The notes: generated by a model from the sequence alone, not told the origin. DNA of 64,000 nt from an uncultured Nitrososphaeraceae archaeon (GCA_963779615.1 CAVZZA010000003.1:960001-1024000); one strand, 5' to 3'. Shown: positions 1 to 11,350, counted from the stretch's first letter. A program made the numbers and translations.

Positions 1-131
1 GAATGATAAGGTGCTCCACATTTCGGACACATGGCATGTTCACTAAGACATTCTTTACAGTAATCGCTATGTTCTTCAAATTCGGTTTTATCTCCTGTAT
101 ACACACATTCCTCGCATATTATATTTACCAT
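1..131 (-). CDS. Small Cys-rich zinc-ribbon protein, 3' end runs off the window
   Basis: Manual translation from ATG at 131: MVNIICEECVYTGDKTEFEEHSDYCKECLSEHAMCPKCGAPYH, three CxxC pairs; not in ORF track. Confidence 0.7.
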   Translation of the reverse strand, partial: MVNIICEECVYTGDKTEFEEHSDYCKECLSEHAMCPKCGAPYH

Positions 132-745
132 AATTATAAAGCGGTCAGTATAACTTAATAGTCGATATATAAATTTTTATCCTAAATAAGAGGTTTTTTA
201 TTCTTTCTGAAGATTTTTCAACTTAGTTTTCACCTAAAGTATTTTAAATCCTCATAGTTCTTCTATTTGTTTACATAATGCATTTTAACAATAGAGTTTT
301 ATCCAATTCCACAACCCCCCTCGACTTGGATTTTGCAACGGTTAATGCATCTAAAGATATGTTCATGACATGAACCCATGGTTAACAGGAGTTCATTAAA
401 AAAAACGGAGGAATAGCATATTAATCACTGTCATCATTAAGCTATGAGATAACAGGAATCTCAGAATCCCAATTATAGATATAGATATGATAGCTTTGCT
501 TGTTCCTGTTTTTGATTTGTATTTGTTTTGTCCATATTTTCCAGATACTAAAAAAATTATTTGATCTGCCATCTATCTGCAATATTTTAGTATTCGGATA
601 GTTTTGAATATTCAAAATAAAATTTAATTATTTCATCAAACTTATTCTGTAATGGATTAATAAATTAAAAGTGGGAATAAAACCACACATATCAATCGAA
701 TTTGTTTTAGGTGTAGCAATTTGGTTTTTCTTTTACCAATACAAT

Positions 746-1267
746 TTAATAAATAGGAAAATAGGGATTCATCACTGTAACACCGAATACCTTACTTCCC
801 ATTATTTCTAAAATCATATGGTGACTTGATGCAGTTCCACCACTTGTCATGCTATTTATTATAAAAAAAGTGATCATAAAACCAACAATTATTGCAAGTA
901 AAATAAAAAACCTGGATTTCCTGCTTGAAAACATACCACCACCGCCACCACCTTTTTTAATGGTTGGTTCTTTCTTGTCTTGAAACACCTTATTCTCCCT
1001 CTCGGCGTGCTTTGAGTTAAGTACAGGCATCGTTTTCAATATTTTCCCATTGGAAATAGATTTTTGTACTTCATACAAAATAGTATTTTTCCCTTCTTTG
1101 GCTTTTTCATTGAAGATTTTTAAGGCGTCCAAGTAATTGGTTTTTTCTTCGCTAGAGGTTCTTTGAAATTTATTATTCCAATCTACTACCCACACTTTTT
1201 CAATATCAGAATTATCATCTGGATAAAAATTTATATCATCATTGTCCTTGTCATTACCTTCAGACAT
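746..1267 (-). CDS. Hypothetical protein with one C-terminal transmembrane helix
   Basis: 173 aa ORF, acidic N-terminus, poly-Gly linker, hydrophobic FFILLAIIVGFMITFFII. Confidence 0.7.
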   Translation of the reverse strand: MSEGNDKDNDDINFYPDDNSDIEKVWVVDWNNKFQRTSSEEKTNYLDALKIFNEKAKEGKNTILYEVQKSISNGKILKTMPVLNSKHAERENKVFQDKKEPTIKKGGGGGGMFSSRKSRFFILLAIIVGFMITFFIINSMTSGGTASSHHMILEIMGSKVFGVTVMNPYFPIY

Positions 1268-1578
1268 TATCTTTTATCTAACCCCATATTAATATGGATA
1301 TCAAACATTATATATCTCACAAAGAATTGACATGAGGGAAATTAATATAGTTTAGGAAAATATGAAGGATAACTTTTCAGGTACATTTTTCTAAACAATT
1401 AATTTCCTAAAAAGCCCTTATTTTTAATGGTAATCCCATTTTCATGAAATGAATGCATGATGGTTAAAATCGAATCTGCAAAGAAAATATGAACAAGGGG
1501 TTTTGCAACAAAACATAACAAACATCAATGCAAACTAAATTACCCCATTAAATATACACATCAAAAGATATTATACAA

Positions 1579-1960
1579 GGTGTTGATAAAAACAACAATA
1601 CTAATTATTTTGATATTGTTACTATTAACTTACTTCTTTATCCATATAACTCTATAACCTTTTCACAAGTGGAAGGCAGTAATGTGATCAAAACAAATAA
1701 TGGGAAACGCAGGCAAAACAATTTGAATATTACCATGAACCTTCAGCCAAAATTCCAGTAGTTGATCAGCATACCCATATTCCATTTGAAACAAAAAACT
1801 AAATAATTCTAAATTTTTAGAAAAATTAATTTGAGTTACCATAACCGATCACGATGGAAGGCCGTTTAAATCGGACAGTCAACCCGTTTCTAATGGAATA
1901 CCTTCTGTTGGATACATTAATCAGAAACCTTTTCCAACAGTATCAAAACTTGATTAGCAT
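1579..1960 (+). pseudogene. Degraded secreted-protein gene
   Basis: Signal-like start followed by frameshifted protein-like pieces (KIPVVDQHTHIPFE; VTITDHDGRPFKSDSQPVSNG). Confidence 0.35.
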
Positions 1961-2216
1961 TGTTTAAAATCAGATAAATATCTTTTTACTATCTTTTTTA
2001 GGTATTGCCGATATTAATAAGGATTTTAGCAGGCAAAATTTAATACAAAAGTGTAGTTTGATCGACAACAAAAAACAGGATTGCATGAATAATTTCAAAG
2101 TCAACAAATATGAAAATCCATCTTCAGATAACTTTTCACCTATTTAAATAATTAATAACATTATTCTATGAAATGTTACTAAATTGTTTATTATAATAAA
2201 GTAATATAAACTACTT

Positions 2217-2930
2217 ATGAAAACATCATTGGAATTACTGATTATTTCATCCTTAATTTTGTTAACATTTGTTCTCTTGTATGATAAGGATACAGTTTTT
2301 GCAAAAAATCATGGGGATGACACTGAAGACAATGATGACAGCAAAGACAATGATGACAGCAAAGACAATGATGACAGCAAAGACAATGATGACAGCGAAT
2401 TCATGGACAACAATGCCATCCAGATATGCTGTACTTGGGGTCAAGAGTTAGCAGACGGTGTCCTTACATACTCATTTGAGGACAAGGACAAAAAGGTAGA
2501 AGCATCAATTATAAAGGCAGCGAATTCATGGAATGAGGTGCTAAATGGCGTTCAGCTCAAGAAAACCAAAGGTGATGGTGAGGTTTTAATCTCTTTTAGA
2601 GACGATGGCAAAAAGGTTGCAGGAGAAACAATAAACTATTTTGATGGCGATGGATTTATCAGAAAATCGCACATAACAATATCAAAAGAAGCCTATAACA
2701 ATGCATTTACCCCAGCACAATTAGAACAAATTGTCAAACATGAACTTGGACACGTATTGGGTATGGGTCACGCAAATTTTGTCGGAAACCTAATGTCAAC
2801 TCGCGTTGAAACCGGAAGCGGAACTATAGCACCCTGTGAAATCGAGGCGGTAAACACCGCAAATGCCTGGAAAACAAGAGAGAGTGGATTGTCTATACAC
2901 GCCCCAACAGAAAAGTTTGTCAATTGTTAG
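2217..2930 (+). CDS. Secreted matrixin/M10-like zinc metalloprotease
   Basis: Signal peptide; metzincin motif HELGHVLGMGH followed by Met-turn (NLMS). Confidence 0.9.
   Translation: MKTSLELLIISSLILLTFVLLYDKDTVFAKNHGDDTEDNDDSKDNDDSKDNDDSKDNDDSEFMDNNAIQICCTWGQELADGVLTYSFEDKDKKVEASIIKAANSWNEVLNGVQLKKTKGDGEVLISFRDDGKKVAGETINYFDGDGFIRKSHITISKEAYNNAFTPAQLEQIVKHELGHVLGMGHANFVGNLMSTRVETGSGTIAPCEIEAVNTANAWKTRESGLSIHAPTEKFVNC
2328..2399 (+). repeat. 18-bp tandem repeat x4 (GACAATGATGACAGCAAA) encoding DNDDSK
   Basis: Three exact units plus one with a single change, in frame. Confidence 0.95.
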
Positions 2931-3139
2931 AAATGCAGGAGCAGAATATAATTGATAATCTTGTAAGGTTCCTGATGGAAAAGGTTGACGGCTTTTCCAA
3001 TAATTTTTGCATAGTTAGTTTTATTTTGCCGCCTAAGGTTTTTTGATAAATGGCACTTAAATACTTGTTTCAAATTATTCATGTTTTTTATTGTTTTTTT
3101 TTTGATATAAAGTTAAAAATGGTTGCGATCTAATTCCTT

Positions 3140-3394
3140 TATTTTTATTATTTGTTTGCCTTCAGTTGCTTGCTTGCAGATCTCATCTCTTTATTAGCTG
3201 TCATCATCAACTAAGGGCTGACTAGCATTTTCTGATTGCATATCTTTTAGAATACCATGTTTAAGATCAGAAACAATCTTATGTTTTTGTTGGTCGCTAC
3301 CTCCCGCGTGCGATTGCATAGGGATTATGCTTGTCCCTATTATTAATAACGATGTTATGGCTGCCACCAGTAATAAATTTTTTGTATTGTTCAT
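3140..3394 (-). pseudogene. Truncated paralog of the MNNT(K/R)NLLLVA secreted family (cf. 42198, 43693)
   Basis: Same signal peptide (..GTSIIPMQS.A); after two in-frame TAA the frame continues RDEICKQATEGKQII, matching RGDDCEQANQGQQIV of 42198. Confidence 0.8.
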
Positions 3395-3589
3395 ATCTGA
3401 AATTAAGATACATTTATTGATATAATTGAGGTTTGTGATTGTTGATGCGTAAAGTTTTTTGGAAATTTATTAACCTGAAAAGAATAATGCGATATCTATA
3501 TTAATAATGTAAAGATGAATATTTAGTATAAGATCATATTGTATTTTCTATAATCAATTAATACCTTTAATGGTAATAATAGATACTAT

Positions 3590-3933
3590 GATAACTTGTA
3601 CTTTTTTTTATGGTGATGGAAATATATCATCAATTTGTACGTATATTCACCACTAACTGCAAACCATGGGTCACCCATAGGATCGTGTAAACCTGCAAAT
3701 ACATCGGACATCTTTGCTGGCCACTTCCGTTAAAGCATGAGAATAAAGTCTTTGAATTTCTTTTGCAATCCCAATGGAGGCCCATTTCGTCTTGTGTTTT
3801 TAAGCAAGGTGTTTTCACTCAAATATTATTGCAAACCATTCTTTCCGGCCATCTTTCCCACTTTCATGGTGCCATTAAATAGTTTGACAAAATAATTCTC
3901 CTCTTTTTTACCGGGATCATAATCAAGGTCCAT
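3590..3933 (-). pseudogene. Hypothetical gene with two premature stops
   Basis: MDLDYDPGKK..GLQ*YLSENTLL..ILML*RKWPAKMSDVFAGLHDPMGDPWFAV reads as one frame. Confidence 0.35.
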
Positions 3934-3961
3934 CGTTTTTTTTCGTACAACAATTGAAATA

Positions 3962-4282
3962 CTAGGTAATTTGCTCTATAATCCAATCTCTAAATTTCCT
4001 TATAGCAAACTCTTCGGATTGCTTAATGAAATGAGTGTCTTTTAATTTCCATTCTGCCTCAGGAATAGAATCAAAAAACTCTTGCATGCACAGTATAAAC
4101 CGAAAACGCAGATTTCTGTTATTCTCATCTATTCCATAACGAAACAAAATTTTTGAAATGGTTTCAAAAACCTTATCATAGTCTCGCTTAAAGGCAGGAA
4201 TCTCAAATGTTTCATATAGAATAGTGGTTATTTTGCCCAGGTCTCGTTGAATGGTGGGAAAGCAATAATTGTCGTTATTCAA
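3962..4282 (-). CDS. Hypothetical protein
   Basis: 106 aa ORF, 2 bp from the upstream ORF (operon-like). Confidence 0.55.
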   Translation of the reverse strand: MNNDNYCFPTIQRDLGKITTILYETFEIPAFKRDYDKVFETISKILFRYGIDENNRNLRFRFILCMQEFFDSIPEAEWKLKDTHFIKQSEEFAIRKFRDWIIEQIT

Positions 4283-4284
4283 TT

Positions 4285-4614
4285 TTATTTTTTTTCCATA
4301 TTAATGATCTTTTGATACAATTGACGGATAAACTCTAGTAAGATCTCATGCGATTCCTGATCGTTTTTTCTCATAAAGTAACAAAGATCTTCTGCGGATG
4401 CATGATGGTCTCCTCCCATATTTTTTGCTGTCTCTAGTGGGATCATGGAAACAAGTAATTTCCGTAAAGCAATATCTGACCCATAGTTTATACTGTCTGA
4501 ATGTGACTCAGAGAGGGTATTTTTAAAATTGGAGTATATGCATTTGTCCTTTGCTTTCCTATTTTCAATTGCAAATACAGTTCCCATCATTCTTTTCATG
4601 CATATATACTCCAC
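4285..4614 (-). CDS. Hypothetical protein
   Basis: 109 aa ORF, same strand and tightly linked to 3962-4282. Confidence 0.5.
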   Translation of the reverse strand: MEYICMKRMMGTVFAIENRKAKDKCIYSNFKNTLSESHSDSINYGSDIALRKLLVSMIPLETAKNMGGDHHASAEDLCYFMRKNDQESHEILLEFIRQLYQKIINMEKK

Positions 4615-5562
4615 ATAGCAATAAAAGAATCATCTTAATCAGGATCTGCAAACAAGACTTTTGATATTAAATCTTGATGCATCTTGTTCGCTTATTCCCA
4701 TTTCTTTAGATAAAGTAGATAACACGTGCGAGACTGCACACCCATTTTCTTTTACTTCCAGAGGGTTTTCCTGCGCATCAATGATATGCTTTAGAAATTA
4801 TTTTTTGGGCAACTTCTTTGCTCTTCCCAAATGGCATTTTTAGTACATTGTTTAAAAAATAAGCCATTGCATTAATCCCAATTCAGATAAAGAATTCGTA
4901 TTTTGGACCAGAAAGATTCTGGCCCAAATTAAACTTAAATAATCTCATTTTGCAAAAATCAAGAAATATGTATTTCAGTATTGATGCAATCACAATCAAC
5001 CTTCTTTAATTGTAGGTTCAAGTTTATCAATTCGGATTTGACATGCAATCAGAAATTGGTGATGGTGGTGATGAGGTCGCTTTATTGGTAAACTATTTAC
5101 CAAAGGTAATTGGTAAAGAGATAAGAATAGGCATTCAAGGCATTAAGCAATTGCATCTGTTGGTCATCCAACATACAGAAAAGGCAATGGATGGCTGTGG
5201 AATACTTGATTGTCCATTGGAAGAATATCCTGTGGTGAAAATTAAAATGCACTAGCCATATGTCATATTGATGCATATTCAAAAGGCCTAGTCTTGTATT
5301 TGGGTAGGACCATAGCGAAGGCAGGATTGCAGTAATTTTTAAGGACTAAAGCCAAAGTTATGGACAAAAGGAGAATAATGTTCTCTTTTATGAATAAGTA
5401 TTAAGAAGATGTAAATGACTAGGACATGGTATTGGATCAGGCCCTTGAAGATAACGCATGTTTTATGCATTTAGTAATTCATCATCTTACAGATATCAAA
5501 ACCAATGATTTTTGAAAAAAATACAAAATTACTTATTTAGAAAAATTATAGTGTGCCCACAT

Positions 5563-5622
5563 TAACCATATGCTTAAGGATAACCATATGCTTAAGGATA
5601 ACCATATGCTTAAGGATAACCA
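5563..5622. repeat. 18-bp non-coding tandem repeat x3.3 (TAACCATATGCTTAAGGA)
   Basis: Three exact units plus TAACCA, just upstream of ORF 5642. Confidence 0.95.
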
Positions 5623-5641
5623 GCAAGAGAATAACCTTTAG

Positions 5642-5902
5642 ATGAAATACTGCTGCAATAAACTTGGTATGGTATTTACATCAGTTATGAAACCTTTCCA
5701 TATCAAAAGAGGAATATGCATACTTGAAGCAAAGATTATTGATCCTGATTTTAGTGAACGCCATGCCTTTAAAAGAAAAGATGGAAATATTGTAAAAAGA
5801 ACAGATAAGGAGTTAAGATTGACAATAACTCATTGTCCTTATTGTGGAACTCCTTTGAGGTTCCTATTTCAAGATCACGTTGAAAGTAATGAAGTAAGTT
5901 GA
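5642..5902 (+). CDS. Small Cys-containing protein (N-terminal CC, C-terminal CPYCG), probable Zn binder
   Basis: MKYCCNKL...THCPYCGTPL. Confidence 0.7.
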   Translation: MKYCCNKLGMVFTSVMKPFHIKRGICILEAKIIDPDFSERHAFKRKDGNIVKRTDKELRLTITHCPYCGTPLRFLFQDHVESNEVS

Positions 5903-5936
5903 TTGCCGGGAAATTTGTATACGGGCACTTTTTATC

Positions 5937-6244
5937 ATTAGTAGGATTTTAAGAATCCTGATGATGCACGGTTTTGAAGTCCATGCCATATCCTATTGAA
6001 GAACCTTTTTTTTGATATCCTATGGAGTAATTTGAAAAATGGATTCAATAGTTAACATGCTATTACCCTCATATGGCGACCAAATAGGTGAAGCACGGAA
6101 GACAAACCTTGGTTGTTGTTGGGTTTTTCCAATGACCCCATCTGCGATAATGGTATGATTAAGCACGTAGAACAATGCTATGCTGATAACAAATTAAAAT
6201 TCAGGTAAGCAAAAGATACCCCATAACAGTAGAAACTTGGTCAT
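5937..6244 (-). pseudogene. Degraded secreted-protein gene
   Basis: MTKFLLLWGIFCLPEF*FVISIALFYVLNH.. with several stops. Confidence 0.3.
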
Positions 6245-7210
6245 TTTGGTCAATAAAACGGTCAATACGGTCAAATAATCAGCCATATTTAAGGCGCTTA
6301 GGGAGTAGGAGATAATTGTGATTCTATAGGCAATGGGCAAAAGCGGCAGCAAATGTCTGAGCTGAGATTATTTAAACCTGCAAGGCTCCAAAGGTTTTGC
6401 GAGTTGTGTAGTTGTGTGATGATAGTCCGAATGTAAAGCACTTTATTGTCATGTTGCTTTCTTGAATGCTTTTGGAAGTCACAACACACAACTTTACAAA
6501 TTCACTAGGAGAGCCTCTAAAAAAGCGCTCGCGTGAACAGATTGTCAAACACATTATATGAGATCGGTCATGGACGAGGCCATTACGCTTCCATCTATAG
6601 CAGCGGGATTGGATAAAAATATGATTAAGGATAATGCAAAAATGGTTGGATGGATGGCGGGTCCAATAAAACCATTTGATATAGGCGTTAGTTCTGTGAA
6701 GGACGATTTAAAGAATGAAATACTCCTGAAATCAGGTATGATATTCCCTATAAAGATTTGATGGAAGACAATGTTGATTGGATAAAAAAATGCACCTGAA
6801 ATCTCCCAGGAATGCAAGTTAGTCAACTGGAATTCAAGTTATTCCATCAAATTCTTCTTGGAATTCTAACTGAACACGTGTTATTTCTGCATGGCAATTG
6901 TAATTTTGATTGCAATCCTGAACTTGACTTTTGTGGCAACGAATGGGGGATTTTCGTATTTAGTGCAATTGGATACGATATTGGGTATAACCTGATACGA
7001 ATAAAATGATGGTCTGCCAAGTTTATTCCCATGCAATTTTATGGAACCATTTTACACAATGCGATTCATCAATTGCAAACTCATGACCTATTAAGTTATT
7101 TTGCAATATGGGTATTCGAATACGGCCCATTGTTGACCTTTGATATGCGTAACGGTCATACTACTGACCCACTTTCATATCTTTATATTTTTCAAATTAT
7201 GTTGTTCATC

Positions 7211-7756
7211 ATGAATAAAGCAGGTTTGACGAACTCTGATGAAGGAAAACAACAGGGTGTGCAAAAAATAATCCCGTTTCTGTGGTTTGATAAACAGGCA
7301 GAAGAGGCAGCAAAGTTTTATGTCTCAATTTTTAAAAACGCAAGAATTGGAGAAGTAACCCTATATGGAAAAGAAGGATATGATGTTCACGGTATGAAAG
7401 AGGGAACTGTAATGACAGTGGATTTTGAGATCGAGGGGCAGAAGTTTGTGGCTCTCAATGGTGGTCCGGTATTCAAATTCAACGAAGCCATTTCATTCCA
7501 GGTGCTTTGTGAAACCCAGGAGGATGTGGACTACTACTGGGAGAAGCTTTCTGAGGGCGGTGACAGAAAGGCACAGCAGTGTGGTTGGCTAAAGGACAGA
7601 TACGGCGTGTCATGGCAAATCGTACCCCAGGTGTTGGTTAAGATGATACAGGATAAAGACACCAAAAAATCACAAAAGGCCGTAAAGGCAATGCTCCAAA
7701 TGCAAAAGATTGACATAAAGACATTGCTTCAAGCCTATGAGGAACATGACCATTAG
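7211..7756 (+). CDS. VOC/PhnB-family protein (3-demethylubiquinone-9 3-methyltransferase-like)
   Basis: KIIPFLWFDKQAEEAAKFY, ALNGGP.FKFNEAISF, CGWLKDRYGVSWQIVP; start moved to ATG 7211. Confidence 0.92.
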   Translation: MNKAGLTNSDEGKQQGVQKIIPFLWFDKQAEEAAKFYVSIFKNARIGEVTLYGKEGYDVHGMKEGTVMTVDFEIEGQKFVALNGGPVFKFNEAISFQVLCETQEDVDYYWEKLSEGGDRKAQQCGWLKDRYGVSWQIVPQVLVKMIQDKDTKKSQKAVKAMLQMQKIDIKTLLQAYEEHDH

Positions 7757-8256
7757 AGAAATAGTTACAACTCTATTTACACATTAATTGCCTTATGTAA
7801 TTCTGGTTGTTATCAGTGGGGATTGTTTCCTGTGGTGATGGGGTCCCGTTACAAAACCAGGCACTCATTAAGGGATTTTACTTCCCTATCAGTCCAATAC
7901 ATACAAGGATGCAGTCAAACCGCGATGTGGTTAGATCATAACAGCCTTAAATTTAAAATGCAAATAATCAATAAAAAAGGTTGAATGTATAACAAATATT
8001 GGCCATTTGCATGTTCCTTGTTCCCTAACTGATTGCTGTTGTAACAATCGGCTTGCTCATTTTTGCAGTCAATATTTGAGTTACTTGCTATAATGTGAAT
8101 CTTAAATATCTGAGTTTGCTAGGTTGACTCTGCTACATTATCCTGTTCAATTATTCGGCATCTGCCGTTTTTTATCGAGATCAGGAGACCAAATTGTCGA
8201 CTATCTTGTCATGTCGTTCTTAAAAACAACATTGAACCATTCCCGTCGTATAATTT

Positions 8257-8280
8257 ATGGACTGAGCGGGGATTGGATCC
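8257..8280 (-). other. Degenerate tRNA 3'-end remnant (att-like)
   Basis: Reverse complement GGATCCAATCCCCGCTCAGTCCA resembles T-loop/acceptor GGTTC.AATCCCGC....TCCA. Confidence 0.4.
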
Positions 8281-8616
8281 TTTACACTCAGAAATGATAT
8301 TGGATATGGGTAGTTACAATGAATCTTGCAATCAAATAATAAATGACAGATTCTGAATTCTCAATAACACATAGTTTGAAATAATTACATAACCATAAAA
8401 AATCCCACTATTAGTCATTTGAATAAATTCATGATTTAGCAGTTAAATCCATTTACTAAACTTCTATACAAAAAAACAATCATAATATTTCAACAATTGA
8501 GATAATCCATCCGGTAATGTTTTAGAACCGGAGAATGAATGCTTGTTACTTCCTGTCATATAGCTATTATTTTTTTTATGGAGATCCTTATAAATAACAA
8601 AAATATTTCACAAACA

Positions 8617-9567
8617 ATGACAAAAAAACTACATTTGATAGTAATGTCTTGTTTGTTTCTGCTAACCGGAGTTTCTGCAATAACTATCATTTCCGTTCCC
8701 ACCACAAACACATTTTCCCTAGTGCATGAAAACCAAAATAGCGATATGCCATTTACCAATAATGCAACCAAATCACAATTAAATGTTATTGCAAACTCTA
8801 CATTTTTAAAGCAACTAGGGCTTTATACTCTTTCTCAACATTTGAGCAATACGGTATCGAACCTTATGGCTATTGCAGAGGCATCAATGAACGGATCTAA
8901 TTCTTTTGGAAAATTGCCTCAGGTAAATGTTACAAGTGAAATGAAAATAAAGTATCATGGAATACCTAGTAACCAAGATCTAGAAAAGAGAATTGAAGCT
9001 AGAGATTTATTATCCAATAACAGGGCTTTGTTATATGTAGGTTTACTTCTACCAAATGGGGATCGCTATTTTGGTGAGCCATATTCCCCATATCAGACTA
9101 ATAGCTCTATAGCCAATTTTGCATATAGGGATCACTTTATTGGTGCACTAGAAACTAAACAGCCATACCTAAGTAATGTAATAAATGCGGTATCCACAGG
9201 TAAACCGCTTGCAATACTCGCTAACCCAATTTATTCAGATGCAAAAAACCATAACTCACTGATAGGATTACAAGTGTTGGGATTGGACTTTACCTACTTC
9301 AATGACTTGATAAAATCAACAATGCCAACAGAGGAGGGTGATAAGAGGGCAGTAATAGTAGACAATAACGGAACAGAAATAGCTGACTCCTCATCTGACA
9401 ACAATAATATGGAATCATTCAAGAAACTCCAAAGCTTTCAAAATGCGAGAAATGGTGAATCAGGGTTATTGACAGAGGAGGTAAATGGTAAAAACACGTC
9501 CATCTCTTATACCCCGATAAAGTTTGCTCAAACAAATTGGATAGTGTTGTTGTTGTCATCCAAGTAA
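8617..9567 (+). CDS. Membrane-anchored stand-alone Cache-domain protein
   Basis: N-terminal TM; NFAYRDHFIGALETKQPYLSNV..STGKP, IVDNNG, SYTPI..TNWIVLL Cache motifs; no cytoplasmic domain. Confidence 0.85.
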   Translation: MTKKLHLIVMSCLFLLTGVSAITIISVPTTNTFSLVHENQNSDMPFTNNATKSQLNVIANSTFLKQLGLYTLSQHLSNTVSNLMAIAEASMNGSNSFGKLPQVNVTSEMKIKYHGIPSNQDLEKRIEARDLLSNNRALLYVGLLLPNGDRYFGEPYSPYQTNSSIANFAYRDHFIGALETKQPYLSNVINAVSTGKPLAILANPIYSDAKNHNSLIGLQVLGLDFTYFNDLIKSTMPTEEGDKRAVIVDNNGTEIADSSSDNNNMESFKKLQSFQNARNGESGLLTEEVNGKNTSISYTPIKFAQTNWIVLLLSSK

Positions 9568-9767
9568 CCCATATTTATGACTATAATCAAACAAATCATT
9601 TTCACTATCAGCAAAATACCCGAAAAACAGAACTGCAAAATTCGGTCCCTTCAAAAAAAGACCTTTAGCGGTCCGGCTTTATACTGGCGTACATTAAACC
9701 CAATCATAGCGACAAAAAAATCACTTTGCTATGGCATCTCAAAAAGTTAAAGAAGCATGCAAAACTT

Positions 9768-9818
9768 ATGGTATGGGTCTTTTTAGGGCATAAATGCCAG
9801 TAACCTACAGTTTAAATA
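9768..9818 (+). repeat. att-like dispersed repeat, degenerate copy
   Basis: ATGGTATGGGTCTTTTTAGGGCATAAATGCCAGTAACCTACAGTTTAA aligns with the 20520 copy including the tail GTAACCT.CAGTTTAA. Confidence 0.55.
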
Positions 9819-10190
9819 ATAAAAAAATAGATAGATAATAACAAAAATATACAGTCAAAGCATCCTATATAAAATAAATTTAGTTTTATTTTGATAATCC
9901 CGGCATTTCTCCTTGAACTAAACTATAGCATTATTTATTGAGAGGCAATTAGATTTATTCAATAGGGATTGACAGTATGAAATGAATCAGTCATCTCATT
10001 CACAATGGGCAAGTATGACCCACGGGTGCTCAAGGCATTATGAATTTAATTCATATAATATTTAAGGTGATGTGTTCTATCACTACTTGGAGAGTATTCT
10101 TTTATTGACATGCATATAACAAAAAAAATTGAAGTGTTACCGTTATTTTTTATTATTTGTGTTTTCTTCACACAATAAAGATATTTGTTT

Positions 10191-11039
10191 TCAAGATGGT
10201 AATGAGGTGGAATTCACGGTATTGGATGATGTGGGTTTAGCTGTAAGGACAATTATATCGCCGAATGTCTGTCCATTATCTTGGCTAATTCTCATTAGAG
10301 GTGTATCTGACCCGCCTGTTCCTTTGTCCCACCATGTAACATATACACCATCCCCTAACGCCTCTATTTCGGTGCGCTCTGATGAAAATCCTTTTGACTC
10401 ACTTAGGTTGATATCTTTACCAAATGTTTTTCCACCATCGTTTGATGTCCTTATGAATACATCAGGCGTGTATGTTGTATCATTCAAATTACCTCCAGTT
10501 GCTACAACATATACTTTATCGCCCTGGGCTGCAACCTTGAGTTCATATGGCGATGTTTTATTCTTACCATACGACATGACTTCGGATGCGGGTGTTGCAA
10601 TAGCAGAGTTGGAATCATCAGTTAATTTTACTTCAGGCCCAAAGGTTTTTCCATTATCATTAGATACTCGAATGTAAGCATCAGCAATTCCTGTTTTATT
10701 GTCTGCATAGGTAACATATACGTTGTTACCTGATGCGGATATATCTGCCTCAACGGAGGTTCCATTTGTAGAGTTACTCAGGTTGATCTTGTCACCAAAA
10801 TTCTGTCCATTATCATTGGAGGCTTTGAACATCACCTCATAATTTCCAGTTTTATTTCCCCACCATGCAACATATACATTGTTACCCGATGTGGCGATGG
10901 GGGCTTTTCCATCACTCCTGTCAAGATGCGGCCAAGAAAATGCATACGATGATTGAACAGGCATTAGCGTTGTAGCAGAAGTTAGTATTGTCAGAAAGCA
11001 TAGAGATAAAATTATTTCTACCTTGAGTTTAATTTTCAT
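10191..11039 (-). CDS. Secreted Asp-box (BNR)/sialidase-like beta-propeller protein
   Basis: Signal peptide; four S.D.G.(T/N)FG Asp-boxes; SGNNVYV repeats. Confidence 0.88.
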   Translation of the reverse strand: MKIKLKVEIILSLCFLTILTSATTLMPVQSSYAFSWPHLDRSDGKAPIATSGNNVYVAWWGNKTGNYEVMFKASNDNGQNFGDKINLSNSTNGTSVEADISASGNNVYVTYADNKTGIADAYIRVSNDNGKTFGPEVKLTDDSNSAIATPASEVMSYGKNKTSPYELKVAAQGDKVYVVATGGNLNDTTYTPDVFIRTSNDGGKTFGKDINLSESKGFSSERTEIEALGDGVYVTWWDKGTGGSDTPLMRISQDNGQTFGDIIVLTAKPTSSNTVNSTSLPS

Positions 11040-11350
11040 TGATAATTCTATAAATCGGTATTATAAAAACAAATATTGATAAAAATACAATTTAAAATTC
11101 AATTTTTTTATATAAATCAAGATACAAATTGGCTTTATATTTGGAATGTCAAATACGTCTTTATCATACTCTTCAATTAAAGCCTAATTTCAGTACATTA
11201 TAAACCAGAGTTTGAAAACATTATAATAACTTTAAATTCCCTAATTGATGACTTTTTTATAGTTTTATGAGACACAATACATATTATCGAAAAGTTTGTA
11301 ATAATTTTATAAATTAATAACAATAATAATAATAATTGTAATTTTTATAC

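Noticed and set aside
2262-2451. ORFs with AVIIVF or MMTAKT repeats
   Set aside because: Alternate-frame shadows of the 18-bp repeat in the protease gene
3630-3818. 62-aa Cys-containing ORF
   Set aside because: Overlaps a more protein-like broken frame continuing from 3933
5563-5622. Possible CRISPR array
   Set aside because: Units are contiguous with no spacers, and there are no cas genes in the window
6290-7200. Several 60-90 aa ORFs and the long N-terminal extension of the VOC ORF
   Set aside because: No recognisable motif; probably one decayed gene; VOC homology begins only after 7211
10129-10677. 182-aa plus-strand ORF
   Set aside because: Antisense shadow of the Asp-box protein
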